A stretch of 62,274 nucleotides of DNA, the filler included, from Chlamydiia bacterium (lineage in GTDB: Bacteria; Chlamydiota; Chlamydiia; Chlamydiales; FEN-1388), in assembly GCA_903848235.1 (NCBI GenBank). It is 11 parts of 11 records of this genome, joined end to end, with 100 filler letters (N's around TTAATTAATTAA, not from the genome) between each part and the next. Parts side by side here need not be neighbours in the genome. Positions count along the whole stretch, not along the records: positions 36,475 to 39,701 come from CAINFV010000279.1; positions 39,802 to 43,912 come from CAINFV010000280.1; positions 44,013 to 50,645 come from CAINFV010000281.1; 8 more parts are not named here. One strand, given 5' to 3'. A program made the translations under genes and the position numbers. Numbering within the stretch: position 1 is the stretch's first letter; every line of letters starts with the position of its first letter. Below, piece by piece: positions 38,865 through 48,549 of this stretch. The notes beneath the pieces were generated by a model. The model did not search any database. It had not been told where the DNA came from and saw only the letters and a program-made list of their open reading frames with translations.

Positions 38865-39644
38865 TCACTCCGGTAAAACATCAATACGATGAATGGAAAT
38901 TGACACATCTCTGCTACGAAGTGCTATATGCGATGTGGATCCAATAGTAAGCCCTTCGGTTGCCTGAAGGAGTTTAACACGAAATTTGGAGCCATCTAAA
39001 AGAGGAACAATAGCTTCCCCAGTACCCTCGGAAACAAAATATGGCTGGTCAGCAGGAACAAGAGTGGTTTGAACGGCATTGTATGGCAAAGTTTCGTCCC
39101 ATCCATATCCAATATCGATTTGCGGCTGAAGAAGAGCGGGCAACAGAGTCTGACCTTCATCGTATGCATAAGCATATATAGTAAATTCGATATAATATAT
39201 TCCACCGCCGCCGGGCAGCACGTGAATGTACCTGTCTGCTGTTAAATCTGTAGGATCAGGGTCTATATATTCGAACAAAACCGGGGGGTATGGAATAGTA
39301 CCGTTTACCCCAAACGGGATAATGGTTGGCGTTCCAGCCGTTGGATAAATATTGAGAGGGGACTCTACAAATGATAAGGATATATAACCACGCACTTGGG
39401 TACTTCCAGGATCTCCTGGTAGCCCTTGAAGCCCTGTATCCCCTGGATAGCCGCTAACGCCGCTAGCGCCGCTAGCGCCGCGATGACCGCGATGACCACG
39501 ATGACCACGAGGCCATTTATGATGACACTTTTCGATAGTCGTTGTAAATCGCTCTATGAAGAATGGGAGCGGTTGAACAGTTTCTCCAATAAGCAAGTTC
39601 GTTGTAAGAAAACACAAAGCCATGAACAAGCTATGATTTTTCAT
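38865..39644 (-). CDS. Secreted collagen-like protein
   Basis: Signal peptide, G-X-Y run (GHRGHRGHRGASGASG...), beta-rich C-terminus. Confidence 0.75.
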   Translation of the reverse strand: MKNHSLFMALCFLTTNLLIGETVQPLPFFIERFTTTIEKCHHKWPRGHRGHRGHRGASGASGVSGYPGDTGLQGLPGDPGSTQVRGYISLSFVESPLNIYPTAGTPTIIPFGVNGTIPYPPVLFEYIDPDPTDLTADRYIHVLPGGGGIYYIEFTIYAYAYDEGQTLLPALLQPQIDIGYGWDETLPYNAVQTTLVPADQPYFVSEGTGEAIVPLLDGSKFRVKLLQATEGLTIGSTSHIALRSRDVSISIHRIDVLPE

Positions 39645-39802
39645 TAGAATCACCACCTTGCTTTCCACCTTTTTGTATTGAATATCCAACTGGGAGAAGG
39701 GNNNNNNNNNNNNNNNNNNNNNNNNNNNNNNNNNNNNNNNNNNNNTTAATTAATTAANNNNNNNNNNNNNNNNNNNNNNNNNNNNNNNNNNNNNNNNNNN
39801 NG

Positions 39803-42535
39803 CTTACAGAGCGGCAGTATTATCAGCTGAACATGGCGGCGAAGGACTGGCCAGGGCTTGTTGTCGAAAGAGCTCCGAAGAGATTCTATCCTAGAGGGCG
39901 TAGCGGATGCCATGTCATAGGCTATACAGCGCCGTTAAGCCGTCAGGAGTTTGACCGTGCCGTCTCCGAGATTCGCGTTCTTAAAGAGTATGTTACCGGT
40001 GTAGAACGTGGCGAGGAGAAAGAGCTTCCCTTTAGCATCCCCTCATTTTTTGCTGCTAAAGAGCGGCTGATGGCGCTTGAAAGACGCGCCTATGGGTTAA
40101 ACGATGAGATTGGCAAGATGGGGGTGGAAGCTTCCTTTGAGGCTCAGCTGCGGGGGCTGGCGGGGAAGAAGTATTTTATCACCAATGCGCATGGCGAGTA
40201 TCTTCGTGAGGCAGCAGGGTCGCGAGAGGCGGTGCCTGGCAAGAGGCTTGTGCTGTCGATTTCATCAGAGCTTCAGGCATGGTGTGAGTTGTTATTAGCC
40301 CAAAGCGAAGTCGACCGGCATAACAGGCTAGACCGTGATACAGAACGCTTGGCACGGGGAGCTAAGAACCCCTTTGTCCGTGGTGGGGCTATTGTGGCGA
40401 TCGACCCTAAGACAGCGGAAGTAGTGGCATGTGCAAGCTATCCCCGCTTTGATCCCAATGATTTTGTGAGGTCGGCACCATCTGCCACCTCTTTAGGGAC
40501 CCATCAGCAGGTTTCGGTATGGCTTGAAGGAGAGACCTATGTGCAGAAAGTCTGGGATCTTGAATGGCCGATGGCGCGCGAAGAGGGTGATGACACCTCG
40601 ATTTCTGAACATAACGTGTGGATGATTTGGGAGCAGTTTTTGAAGATGGTCCTGCCGACAGGGGAGACTGCTCTCCAGCTTCTTCCCTCGAAGCTTTCCG
40701 TCCGTCGTCTTTTGCAGCTGCAAGAAGACAAAAGAGAGTCTTTCCTCATTGCCGATCTGACGAGGCTTTTGGTGCGTCAGGAAGAGCTTTCAGATGTCTT
40801 GCGAAATTTGGTAGGACCTCTTTCAATAGACGCTCTCCGGTATCTTATCTCAGCAAAAGTCGCTTTTTCAGATGCCTTGCAGCATGAACTTGAAGAGAGG
40901 TTCCACAGAGGCCCCTTTCAAGAGTGGAGGGTGCTTCATGAGACAGACTTTTTAGCTCAGAAGCGTCGGGATGAAAAGGAAGCTGGCATTCCCACCAGGC
41001 CATATCTACCCTATTTAGAGAAAGAGCGGGCACGGCAGTTTTCTGCATGGTGGAAGGAACATGGTGATACCGTTCTTCTGTCTGCCTTTTCTCTGACTAG
41101 CGCATCGCTTCCAGAGTGGGTGCAACAGGGGACAAAGCGGTGTGTCGCGCTCTTTTCTCATGCTGGCCTTCACAAAGAGCGGCGTGAAGGGCTGTTGCTG
41201 CTCTCGTCATTGATCAAGCAGCTTAATGCTGATGAGGGGTTGCGGCTCTTCTCAGCATTAAAAGGATATGAAGGGCTCACACACACTCTTCTGGGTAGAT
41301 ATTTTTCGACCGTGAGAGGACCGGCGCCGACGACCGGTCAAGAGTTCATACGCTCTTTTCTCTCCCTTCGCTCTTCTCCCTTAGCCTCTTTTAGCCATAT
41401 GCAGCCAAGTGCACAGGGGTCGCTGTTCAAGCTTGTCGTTGCCTATGCCGCTCTCCATCAGCAGCTCCAACGTCTTCATGGTGACGACTTCCAGCTCACC
41501 CCGAATTTGTTTTGTATGACAGATCAGACATTTCATTCATGCGGTCGCGTCTACCTGGGCTATGACTCCTCTGGCAAACCTATCCCTCAACTCTATAAAG
41601 GGGGTCGGTTGCCGAAGAGTGCTGAGTCGAATCTTGGTGAGCTAGATTTGATACGTGCATTAGGAAGGTCGAGTAACCCATATTTCGCTCTTCTTGCTGG
41701 TGAGTTTTTAGCAAGCCCTCAAGTCCTTATTGATGCTGGGAAAACCTTTGGCTATGGAGAGAAGACGGGTATTGCCCTGCCATCAGAGGCAGCCGGGCGC
41801 TTTCCGACTGATTTGGAGACGAACAGAACGGGACTATACACCACGGCCATTGGACAGCATACATTGACAGCAACCCCTCTGCAGTCTTCAGTGATGCTGA
41901 CGGCGTTAGCGACGTGCGGCGATGTTGTCATTCCCCGTCTTGTGAGGATGGCCATAGGGCCAGAGGTTGCTTCGCAGCAGCAGCTTCGCGATTGTTCTTC
42001 GTATCCTGGCCGAGATCTGATGCGATCTGTTGGCGTCGATACTCCTCTCTGGCTTGCGCAGACTGTGGATGTCAACAAACATCACATTCAGGTTACAACG
42101 CGCCGCACAAAGCGCCATGTTGAAATGACGAGGAAAGAGAGAGACCTCGTGTTTCATGGGATGCTTGCCTCAATAGAACGTACGATGCAAGACCATAATC
42201 TTTCACGTCTGTTTGCTCATCGCCCAAGCCTTTTGCAGGTGCTGCATGGCATGCGAGGGCAGATGATTGGGAAGTCGAGTACTGCTGAGTCATATGAGCG
42301 GCTTGGAGTGGGTGTTGGCCAAAAGCCGGTGATGTATAATCACACCTGGTTTGGGGGGATCTTTTTCCCAGAGAGTGTGAAGAGTGGCCATCCTTTTGAG
42401 CGCCATGATGCTGACCTGATAGTTGTTGTCTTTCTACGCTATGGGACATTTGGGAAAGATGCAGCGCCGCTTGCGGCCTCCGTTGCCAATGAATGGAGGG
42501 TGATACAGCGGCGGCATGGTGTATGCGTTCCTTAG
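39803..42535 (+). CDS. Penicillin-binding protein 2, chlamydial long form (5' partial)
   Basis: RFYP, GKMGVE, ASYPRFDPN, GSLFK (SxxK), SSNPYF (SxN), GKSSTAE. Confidence 0.9.
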   Translation, partial: LTERQYYQLNMAAKDWPGLVVERAPKRFYPRGRSGCHVIGYTAPLSRQEFDRAVSEIRVLKEYVTGVERGEEKELPFSIPSFFAAKERLMALERRAYGLNDEIGKMGVEASFEAQLRGLAGKKYFITNAHGEYLREAAGSREAVPGKRLVLSISSELQAWCELLLAQSEVDRHNRLDRDTERLARGAKNPFVRGGAIVAIDPKTAEVVACASYPRFDPNDFVRSAPSATSLGTHQQVSVWLEGETYVQKVWDLEWPMAREEGDDTSISEHNVWMIWEQFLKMVLPTGETALQLLPSKLSVRRLLQLQEDKRESFLIADLTRLLVRQEELSDVLRNLVGPLSIDALRYLISAKVAFSDALQHELEERFHRGPFQEWRVLHETDFLAQKRRDEKEAGIPTRPYLPYLEKERARQFSAWWKEHGDTVLLSAFSLTSASLPEWVQQGTKRCVALFSHAGLHKERREGLLLLSSLIKQLNADEGLRLFSALKGYEGLTHTLLGRYFSTVRGPAPTTGQEFIRSFLSLRSSPLASFSHMQPSAQGSLFKLVVAYAALHQQLQRLHGDDFQLTPNLFCMTDQTFHSCGRVYLGYDSSGKPIPQLYKGGRLPKSAESNLGELDLIRALGRSSNPYFALLAGEFLASPQVLIDAGKTFGYGEKTGIALPSEAAGRFPTDLETNRTGLYTTAIGQHTLTATPLQSSVMLTALATCGDVVIPRLVRMAIGPEVASQQQLRDCSSYPGRDLMRSVGVDTPLWLAQTVDVNKHHIQVTTRRTKRHVEMTRKERDLVFHGMLASIERTMQDHNLSRLFAHRPSLLQVLHGMRGQMIGKSSTAESYERLGVGVGQKPVMYNHTWFGGIFFPESVKSGHPFERHDADLIVVVFLRYGTFGKDAAPLAASVANEWRVIQRRHGVCVP

Positions 42536-42543
42536 TTAAAAAC

Positions 42544-42582
42544 AAAGTTGCCTCTAATGACTAGGCGGCAGCTTGGGTTTAA
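42544..42582 (-). repeat. Degenerate family C end
   Basis: Reverse complement TTAAACCCAAGCTGCCGCCTAGTCATTAGAGGCAAC aligns with 53969-54006. Confidence 0.6.
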
Positions 42583-42702
42583 AAAATGTAATAGTCACTC
42601 TTTTGGGAGTGTTCAGGTACGATTAATCTGAGATGCTAAGGTTATTGCTCTAGTATGTCAAAAAAATCGTATGAAGATTGAGAAGATTGCGAGAGGAATT
42701 AC

Positions 42703-43775
42703 ATGTCTGATTATATTGAAAACTATCTTAGCCAAAAACTCAGGTTGCAGCAAGCCGTTTTATCCGTTCCTCAAGGATCAGACAGAGGGGTTTTGGCATC
42801 CAGAGGGATTGTATTAGACAGGGACATTGAGCATCTTCCGCCAAGGCTCCAAAAGGAGATCTCCGAGATAACTCAGTTTGTGGATCGATTATTTGTTGTC
42901 GCAGAAGACAAAACAATAGACGAAAACACGCGTGTGGAGAGCTATTTTTTTCTTCAGAAACTACTGAATTCGATAGAAGTGAAAATAGGGGATGCGCACA
43001 AGTCAGAAGTAGCAAAATCTCCGGACAATAGAGCAAAAATGGGCAGGTTAGATCAAAAAATTGATCAAATATTTGATGTTTTTCAAGAATCTATGGCGGA
43101 GTCTGGAGTTTCTCTAGAAGAAAGAGGGAAAAGGAAGTCGGACGAACCTGGTGAAGAAGCAAAAGTATCGGAAGTCGCTCTTCCCCCCGAGTCAAAAAAG
43201 AGAAAGCCTAGCTTACACGTCCCTGATGATAGTTTTTCTCCTGATGTCAAGATGGATGTTTCTTGCAAAGAGGATGAGGATGTGTCTGCTGCAGCGCATA
43301 GGCCTGCGGTTGCTCATGCTGCACGATCTCGTGCCATTATCAGAGAGGTAGCGCATGCCGAGTCATACGTTGTGGGGCCATGGATCTTTTTTTCAATGAC
43401 TGAGAGAGCCCAAGGGTTAGGTGAGGGATATGAGGAGGCAAGAAAGGGGTGGAAAGTGTTTCTCAACCCAACGAGAGAAAATTTCTACATCGTATTCGAG
43501 AGAGCACTCACTGCTCTTGCCAGTGCTGGTATAGAAGTCATGGGAAAAATAACTCAGGATAGGCGTCGAAAATCGTCAATGTCGGCTCTAGATGATCCCT
43601 GTGAGCCGAAAATACTGTTGTATGTCACCGCTCAGAATCAAGAGGAGGCTGGAAAAAAACTCGTCTTGGTAATGAAAGCCTTAGAAGGGGAATTTCGAGC
43701 CGAAGAGATGGCATCGCTTGCCTGTAGCGAGGGGCAACGAGAAAGATCGGATGGAGTTATCGTTCCGCAACGAGG
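42703..43775 (+). pseudogene. Effector-like gene interrupted by an IS607-like element
   Basis: The ORF stops at 43794 inside the IS end; low-complexity N-half, then a GWKVFLN...KILLYV domain. Confidence 0.65.
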
Positions 43776-43912
43776 GTTCGTAGCAGCTCAATAAATTGTG
43801 GACTTGTATGGACAAAAATGGACTTTTTGTCTACATTTTGATTCATGAAAATATCAATTGGAAAAGCAGCAAGAGAGCTTGGCGTCACCACTAAGACGCT
43901 TCGCCGTTGGGA
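43776..43912 (+). mobile_element. tnpA: IS607-family left end (variant B) with start of serine transposase TnpA at 43845
   Basis: TGGAC repeated with 10-bp period; ORF MKISIGKAARELGVTTKTLRRW is a MerR-like HTH typical of IS607 TnpA. Confidence 0.8.
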
Positions 43913-44012
43913 NNNNNNNNNNNNNNNNNNNNNNNNNNNNNNNNNNNNNNNNNNNNTTAATTAATTAANNNNNNNNNNNNNNNNNNNNNNNNNNNNNNNN
44001 NNNNNNNNNNNN

Positions 44013-45182
44013 AAGACGGGACGCCTTCTGAAGGCACTTGATCTGAAAAAAGATGATCTCTTCGTGTTGAACAGACGGTTGTTCGTCATTGGCGATAAGA
44101 AGCTCATCCTCGATGGTACGAAAGAAGGAACTATTTCCGCTCTTTGCGTAGCTTTCCCTGACGCTTCAGATGCCATCCGCGCCTTTTTGGATGAAGTGGA
44201 TTCTGTCCTCCATGGAAAAGATCTCGAGCTTCTTAAAAACTGGAAGTCAGTCAAATATCAGGAGAAGCTTGATCAGTTTTTCCGCGAGCCTGAGCTGAAG
44301 GCGTTTTTCTGTTCTCTTCTAGGATATATGGGAGCGAAAGCTGATCAGGTACCAGCCGCCTCTGTCGTTGGTGCCTGTTTGAGCTATTTCGTTGTAGGCG
44401 GCTATTATCCGAAGGGAGGACCGCAGCATGTGGCAGACATGCTTCGGGATTATGTCACCGAGCACGGCGGCACCGTAATGACAAGAGCCCGGGTTGATGA
44501 AGTTGTTGTCGCAAACGAGGAAGTGCAAGGGGTGAGGGTCGGCCAGCAGACCTTTTCAAGCGGTGTGGTTATAGGAAATGTCAATGCCAAAATGCTGTTT
44601 ACCAAGCTCATCCCGGCAGCAAAAGTCCATAAGGCATACGTTGATGCTATCGCTGCTCTTCCTATGTCCATGTCTTTATGCATGGTACAGGTGGGTACAG
44701 ACCTTGACCTCTCGCATCTGCCCTCCCATATCCAGGTGCTCGATCCTGAAGAAAGGGTTCATTGCGTAGTCAACTCCAATGCTGACCCCTCACTTGCGCC
44801 AAAAGGCATGAGCAGCATCACGTTTCTGTGCAGAGGTGACTATCATGCCACGCCAGAGAGGCAGTCGGAGGAGTATGAACGATATAAAGAGGAAAAAAAG
44901 AAGATGGTCCTCTTGAAGGCAGAACGAGTGTTTCCAGGATTGCGCGACCATATTCTCGAGCAGGATGTGTCAACGCCAAGAACTTTTGAACGGTATACCT
45001 CAATGCCAGAGGGGGCAATCTATGCCTTCGATCAGGGCAGACAAACCGCTCGCCCCTACTTCAAAACCCCTATTCGTGGCTTGTATCTCTCTAGTGCCTC
45101 TACCTCCCGAGGTGGTGGCATATCGGCTGTTGTGTCTGCAGGATTTCAATGTGCTGAGGATATTGTTGGGTATAGCTTATAG
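44013..45182 (+). CDS. Phytoene desaturase-like FAD-dependent oxidoreductase (5' partial)
   Basis: GGYYPKGG, TPRTFERYT...GAIY, TPIRGLYL...GGG. Confidence 0.85.
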   Translation, partial: KTGRLLKALDLKKDDLFVLNRRLFVIGDKKLILDGTKEGTISALCVAFPDASDAIRAFLDEVDSVLHGKDLELLKNWKSVKYQEKLDQFFREPELKAFFCSLLGYMGAKADQVPAASVVGACLSYFVVGGYYPKGGPQHVADMLRDYVTEHGGTVMTRARVDEVVVANEEVQGVRVGQQTFSSGVVIGNVNAKMLFTKLIPAAKVHKAYVDAIAALPMSMSLCMVQVGTDLDLSHLPSHIQVLDPEERVHCVVNSNADPSLAPKGMSSITFLCRGDYHATPERQSEEYERYKEEKKKMVLLKAERVFPGLRDHILEQDVSTPRTFERYTSMPEGAIYAFDQGRQTARPYFKTPIRGLYLSSASTSRGGGISAVVSAGFQCAEDIVGYSL

Positions 45183-45195
45183 AAAGCACTCATAA

Positions 45196-45229
45196 AACGG
45201 AGGTAAGGCCCCCCCCCTTACCTCGGTTT
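45196..45229 (+). terminator. Hairpin after the oxidoreductase
   Basis: GAGGTAAGG...CCTTACCTC followed by GGTTT. Confidence 0.5.
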
Positions 45230-45528
45230 CACGGGCACTTACAGCTTATAGATCATTCAAATAAAGTCCCTTCAGCGCTTTAGGAGTCGAGTGAGAATAC
45301 ATGCTACGATTTGGCTGGCTGCTTTCTGCGTGGAAGATCCGTTACACGGGGAGGCGAGAAAAATCAAAAAATCGTTCTCATTTCCTGCGCCATGCCCTGC
45401 TGCTAACTCAAATAATTATTGCTCAAAAAACTCACAAGTTCTACTGTCACGCAGATCATTCTTCCTATTCAGGATCTAATGGGGGGGGACGGTTACGTGT
45501 TGTTAACCTCGAAATGGTGTGAAAAATT

Positions 45529-45876
45529 ATGGGTATCTCAAAGTATGTATTTGCTGCTGTTTTCGCTTGCTTTGCATTTGGCAGCTTGCAGGGTGCTGAT
45601 GTATCGTCGAAGCAACAGAAGAAGCATTATCTCACAAAACGTATGCTGAAATTGACGAAAAAAGGAATAACTATCAAAACGAATAAGGGGCTTGCCAATG
45701 TGAGTGCTCTTCGGAGTGATGCAAAGGGCATGTTTGTATATCGATCTGATATTTGCATCAAAGGCACTGGCGACCCTCATCCTTGTGCCGGTGATTGTAA
45801 TGGGAATCACCCCACAACATTTGGTCGTGATCATTGTGAAGCTAGCGACTGGAATCAAAATAATTATAACCCTTAA
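45529..45876 (+). CDS. small secreted protein with Cys/His-rich tail
   Basis: Signal peptide, basic core, tail CIKGTGDPHPCAGDCNGNHP...HC. Confidence 0.65.
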   Translation: MGISKYVFAAVFACFAFGSLQGADVSSKQQKKHYLTKRMLKLTKKGITIKTNKGLANVSALRSDAKGMFVYRSDICIKGTGDPHPCAGDCNGNHPTTFGRDHCEASDWNQNNYNP

Positions 45877-45884
45877 CTTCTAGG

Positions 45885-46077
45885 AGCCTTTTGCAAAACT
45901 CGCACAAGCTTCTGATGCAAACCGAAAATCTGTGCGGGTTTTGTAAGAAATTGCCTCGTCATGGGGCCGTGGCTTAGTTGTGAGAGTCTTGGCTGGCTCC
46001 ACAGCATATCAGAAATTGGGTTTTTTAATGCTTTCGTTGAGGGAAAATTCATCCTTCAAACGAGTTTGGAAAAGGCT
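45885..46077. repeat. MITE-like element with family A-type termini
   Basis: AGCCTTTTGCAAAACTCG ... CGAGTTTGGAAAAGGCT. Confidence 0.6.
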
Positions 46078-46103
46078 TTTAGGGAAAAACAGGGTAGGGT
46101 TTC

Positions 46104-47027
46104 GTGAAAAGAATATGGCATACAATTTCTTTTGTGATAATTGCCTCGGTGTGTCTTCATGGGAATGATTCCGTATCGCCCATAAGAATTGAAGGTGCGT
46201 TGCAGTTCTTATTTAAAGACGAGCTTGGATTCACCCTCATTGGCGAAAAGCCTGTTTCAATAAACTGGTGTGAAGACTACGAGCTAAGTCATAACAAAGT
46301 GCTTGCAGAGGCTGTTTTTGGCTTTTTAAGAATGGCTTTTGATAAATCGGACACGCATATCCTCAACATCGTTCCCTTCGGCCCTGGCGCAGAGATACAA
46401 CTTATCCATAAAAAGGCCTTGTCGAATCTTATCATAAGGGAAAGGACTCTTCGTGTTTTTGTCGAACAGAACTACGGCTCAGAAGAAAGTTTTTTTCGAT
46501 CCTTGGCTGATTTAAAAAAAACAATGCACGAATTTTTCCATTTTGATAGAGAACTTCTCGGGCTTGTTTTTGGATATGGCAAAAGCAATGCTGAATATTC
46601 TTTTAGGTCTAGCTTGCTCGCTATATACTTAAAAAAGTATCCCCGAGTTTATTTACTTTCTTTTAATCCAATGCCGCGAATAAGTACGATAAATTCGTAT
46701 CAAAGAAAGGTGGCGCGTTTTAGATTCGAGGCGCCTCAGCCACGTCCAAAGCCATTGCCACAGTTTAAATCCTTGGATGAAGAATGGGACTGGATTTGCC
46801 AAGTGAATTATACCCATCGGGCTGACACCTCTCCGCCCCCTCCATACCTCTTTCGATTGCCCAGTTACAGGGAGAGAACTGGGGGAGATTCAGAAGAAGT
46901 GAGGCAAAAGTTTCTTCATGCCCGCGACAGAGTAGCGAATCTCTTCTGTGGTCGAAAATTCAGCGAAGTCATAGCTCAAGAAGCCCGAAAGAATCAACGC
47001 ACAGAGTCTCGCCAGGATCGACGATAA
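46104..47027 (+). CDS. secreted hypothetical protein
   Basis: Signal peptide; GFTLIGEKPVS and LLGLVFGYGKSNA blocks. Confidence 0.7.
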   Translation: MKRIWHTISFVIIASVCLHGNDSVSPIRIEGALQFLFKDELGFTLIGEKPVSINWCEDYELSHNKVLAEAVFGFLRMAFDKSDTHILNIVPFGPGAEIQLIHKKALSNLIIRERTLRVFVEQNYGSEESFFRSLADLKKTMHEFFHFDRELLGLVFGYGKSNAEYSFRSSLLAIYLKKYPRVYLLSFNPMPRISTINSYQRKVARFRFEAPQPRPKPLPQFKSLDEEWDWICQVNYTHRADTSPPPPYLFRLPSYRERTGGDSEEVRQKFLHARDRVANLFCGRKFSEVIAQEARKNQRTESRQDRR

Positions 47028-47081
47028 TGGCTAGGGGAGCAATGGTGGGCTAAGGACAGGACGACAAGGCATGTCAGTCCC

Positions 47082-48533
47082 TTACTTCCCTAATTCCGAG
47101 AGGCGAATTTCGATTGAAGCTAAGGAGCTGCCGACGTCGCTGGAAGAGTCTGGGATGAGCTTTTCTACCTGACGTATGGCGGACATCACTGTAGAGTGGT
47201 TTTTTTTGAAGAGATCCCCGATTTTCATAAAGGGGGCTTTCAAATGCTTTCTGATGAGAAACATTGCCACTTGCCGAGGGAGAACAAATTCTCGGCTTTG
47301 TGAGCGCCCGATAAGGTCTTCGCGCTTGATGCCATAGGACTCTGCCGTCACATTGATGATCTTATCAGGGGTGAGAGCCTGTTGCTGCTCTTCTTCCATC
47401 AGGTCTGCCAAGAGATCCCTGACCTGTGAGAGCGTCATGGAGGCAGCAGAAGCATTTCCACGGTTTTTAAAGACGCTAAGACGGCGGATGAGAACCTCTA
47501 GAGCATGGACACAGGCTTTTGGCGTCGATGCGAAGGTCTCTGCAAGGAAGTGAGCTAGCTTTTGAGAGAGCGAGAAGTTGAGGTGATGGGCCTTTTTGTC
47601 AAGCAGATCGGGGAACTGCTTTCTAGGGATGCTATGAAGAGGAAGGACGACTCCCCATTCAAAACGGCTGACGAGACGAGGCTCGATGAATTGCAACTGC
47701 TGAGGAAGGCAGTTTGCAGAGAGGATGATCTGTTTTCCAGCAACGTGCAGGCTGTTGAAAGTGTGGAAAAACTCTTCTTGCGTGGTGCTCTTACGGGCAA
47801 GGCAGTGGACATCGTCGACAAGAAGAGCGTCAACGGTGCGCCAGAGCCTTCTGAAGGTAGACATCTCCCCAGCACGGATGGCCCTGACAACGTGTTCTGT
47901 AAATAGATCTGAATTGGCCATAATGACGGTGAGGCCTGCCTGCCGAAGGCGGATTGCGGCTGCCGTTAGTAGGTGTGTCTTTCCAGATCCAGAAGGGCCG
48001 CAGAGGTAGAGGGGGTTTGGCGGTGGGATGCGTTGGCCCTCACCGCTTGGCACTACTACGGAAGAGAGGTTTTTCAGCCTCTCGCCAGCAAGGTATGAGC
48101 ACATCTCGTTGAACAGCTTGATGACGATTTCATTATCAGGAAGAGTGAGATAGCGCTCGAAGGTACATGAAGTATCGATCTCAGGGAATGTTAATGAGAA
48201 TTGAGATGGGTCGAATTTCGAAGAGCGAGGAATACCTTTGCTAACGCTCTTCCCACGGGATGCCTTCCCAGCGACTTGCAGAGTGACCTGTATCGATGCT
48301 CCCAGAGGATCGACGAGGCCAGAAAGACGTGGCCTTAGGTGTTCTTCAAACCACAGAGCTTGGAACGAGTCTTTTGCCTCTAGTGTCAGCTTTGGCCCAT
48401 TTCCTGTTTTCACGACGAGGCTGCGTGCCCACCGGTCGACAGTCTCGGCGCCAAGCTCTCTCTCCAGGCGAACGAGAAACGTCTGCCAACAGGCGGCAAT
48501 ACTTGTACTGGCGTTTTCTGGACCACTGCTCAT
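47082..48533 (-). CDS. dnaA: Chromosomal replication initiator DnaA
   Basis: NPLYLCGPSGSGKTHLL, QEEFFHTFNSL, SRFEWG, PRQVAMFL, NHSTVM. Confidence 0.96.
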   Translation of the reverse strand: MSSGPENASTSIAACWQTFLVRLERELGAETVDRWARSLVVKTGNGPKLTLEAKDSFQALWFEEHLRPRLSGLVDPLGASIQVTLQVAGKASRGKSVSKGIPRSSKFDPSQFSLTFPEIDTSCTFERYLTLPDNEIVIKLFNEMCSYLAGERLKNLSSVVVPSGEGQRIPPPNPLYLCGPSGSGKTHLLTAAAIRLRQAGLTVIMANSDLFTEHVVRAIRAGEMSTFRRLWRTVDALLVDDVHCLARKSTTQEEFFHTFNSLHVAGKQIILSANCLPQQLQFIEPRLVSRFEWGVVLPLHSIPRKQFPDLLDKKAHHLNFSLSQKLAHFLAETFASTPKACVHALEVLIRRLSVFKNRGNASAASMTLSQVRDLLADLMEEEQQQALTPDKIINVTAESYGIKREDLIGRSQSREFVLPRQVAMFLIRKHLKAPFMKIGDLFKKNHSTVMSAIRQVEKLIPDSSSDVGSSLASIEIRLSELGK

Positions 48534-48549
48534 ACGAGGACTCTACCCG

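Noticed and set aside
39450..39510. 9-bp tandem repeats
   Set aside because: Explained by collagen G-X-Y coding
43776..43912. Possible IStron (group I intron plus IS607)
   Set aside because: Only about 70 nt separate the end from tnpA, too little for an intron core; variant A copies are antisense to the interrupted genes if they are left ends
45291..45522. Short ORFs, possibly a transposase C-terminal remnant
   Set aside because: Similarity too weak to support by eye
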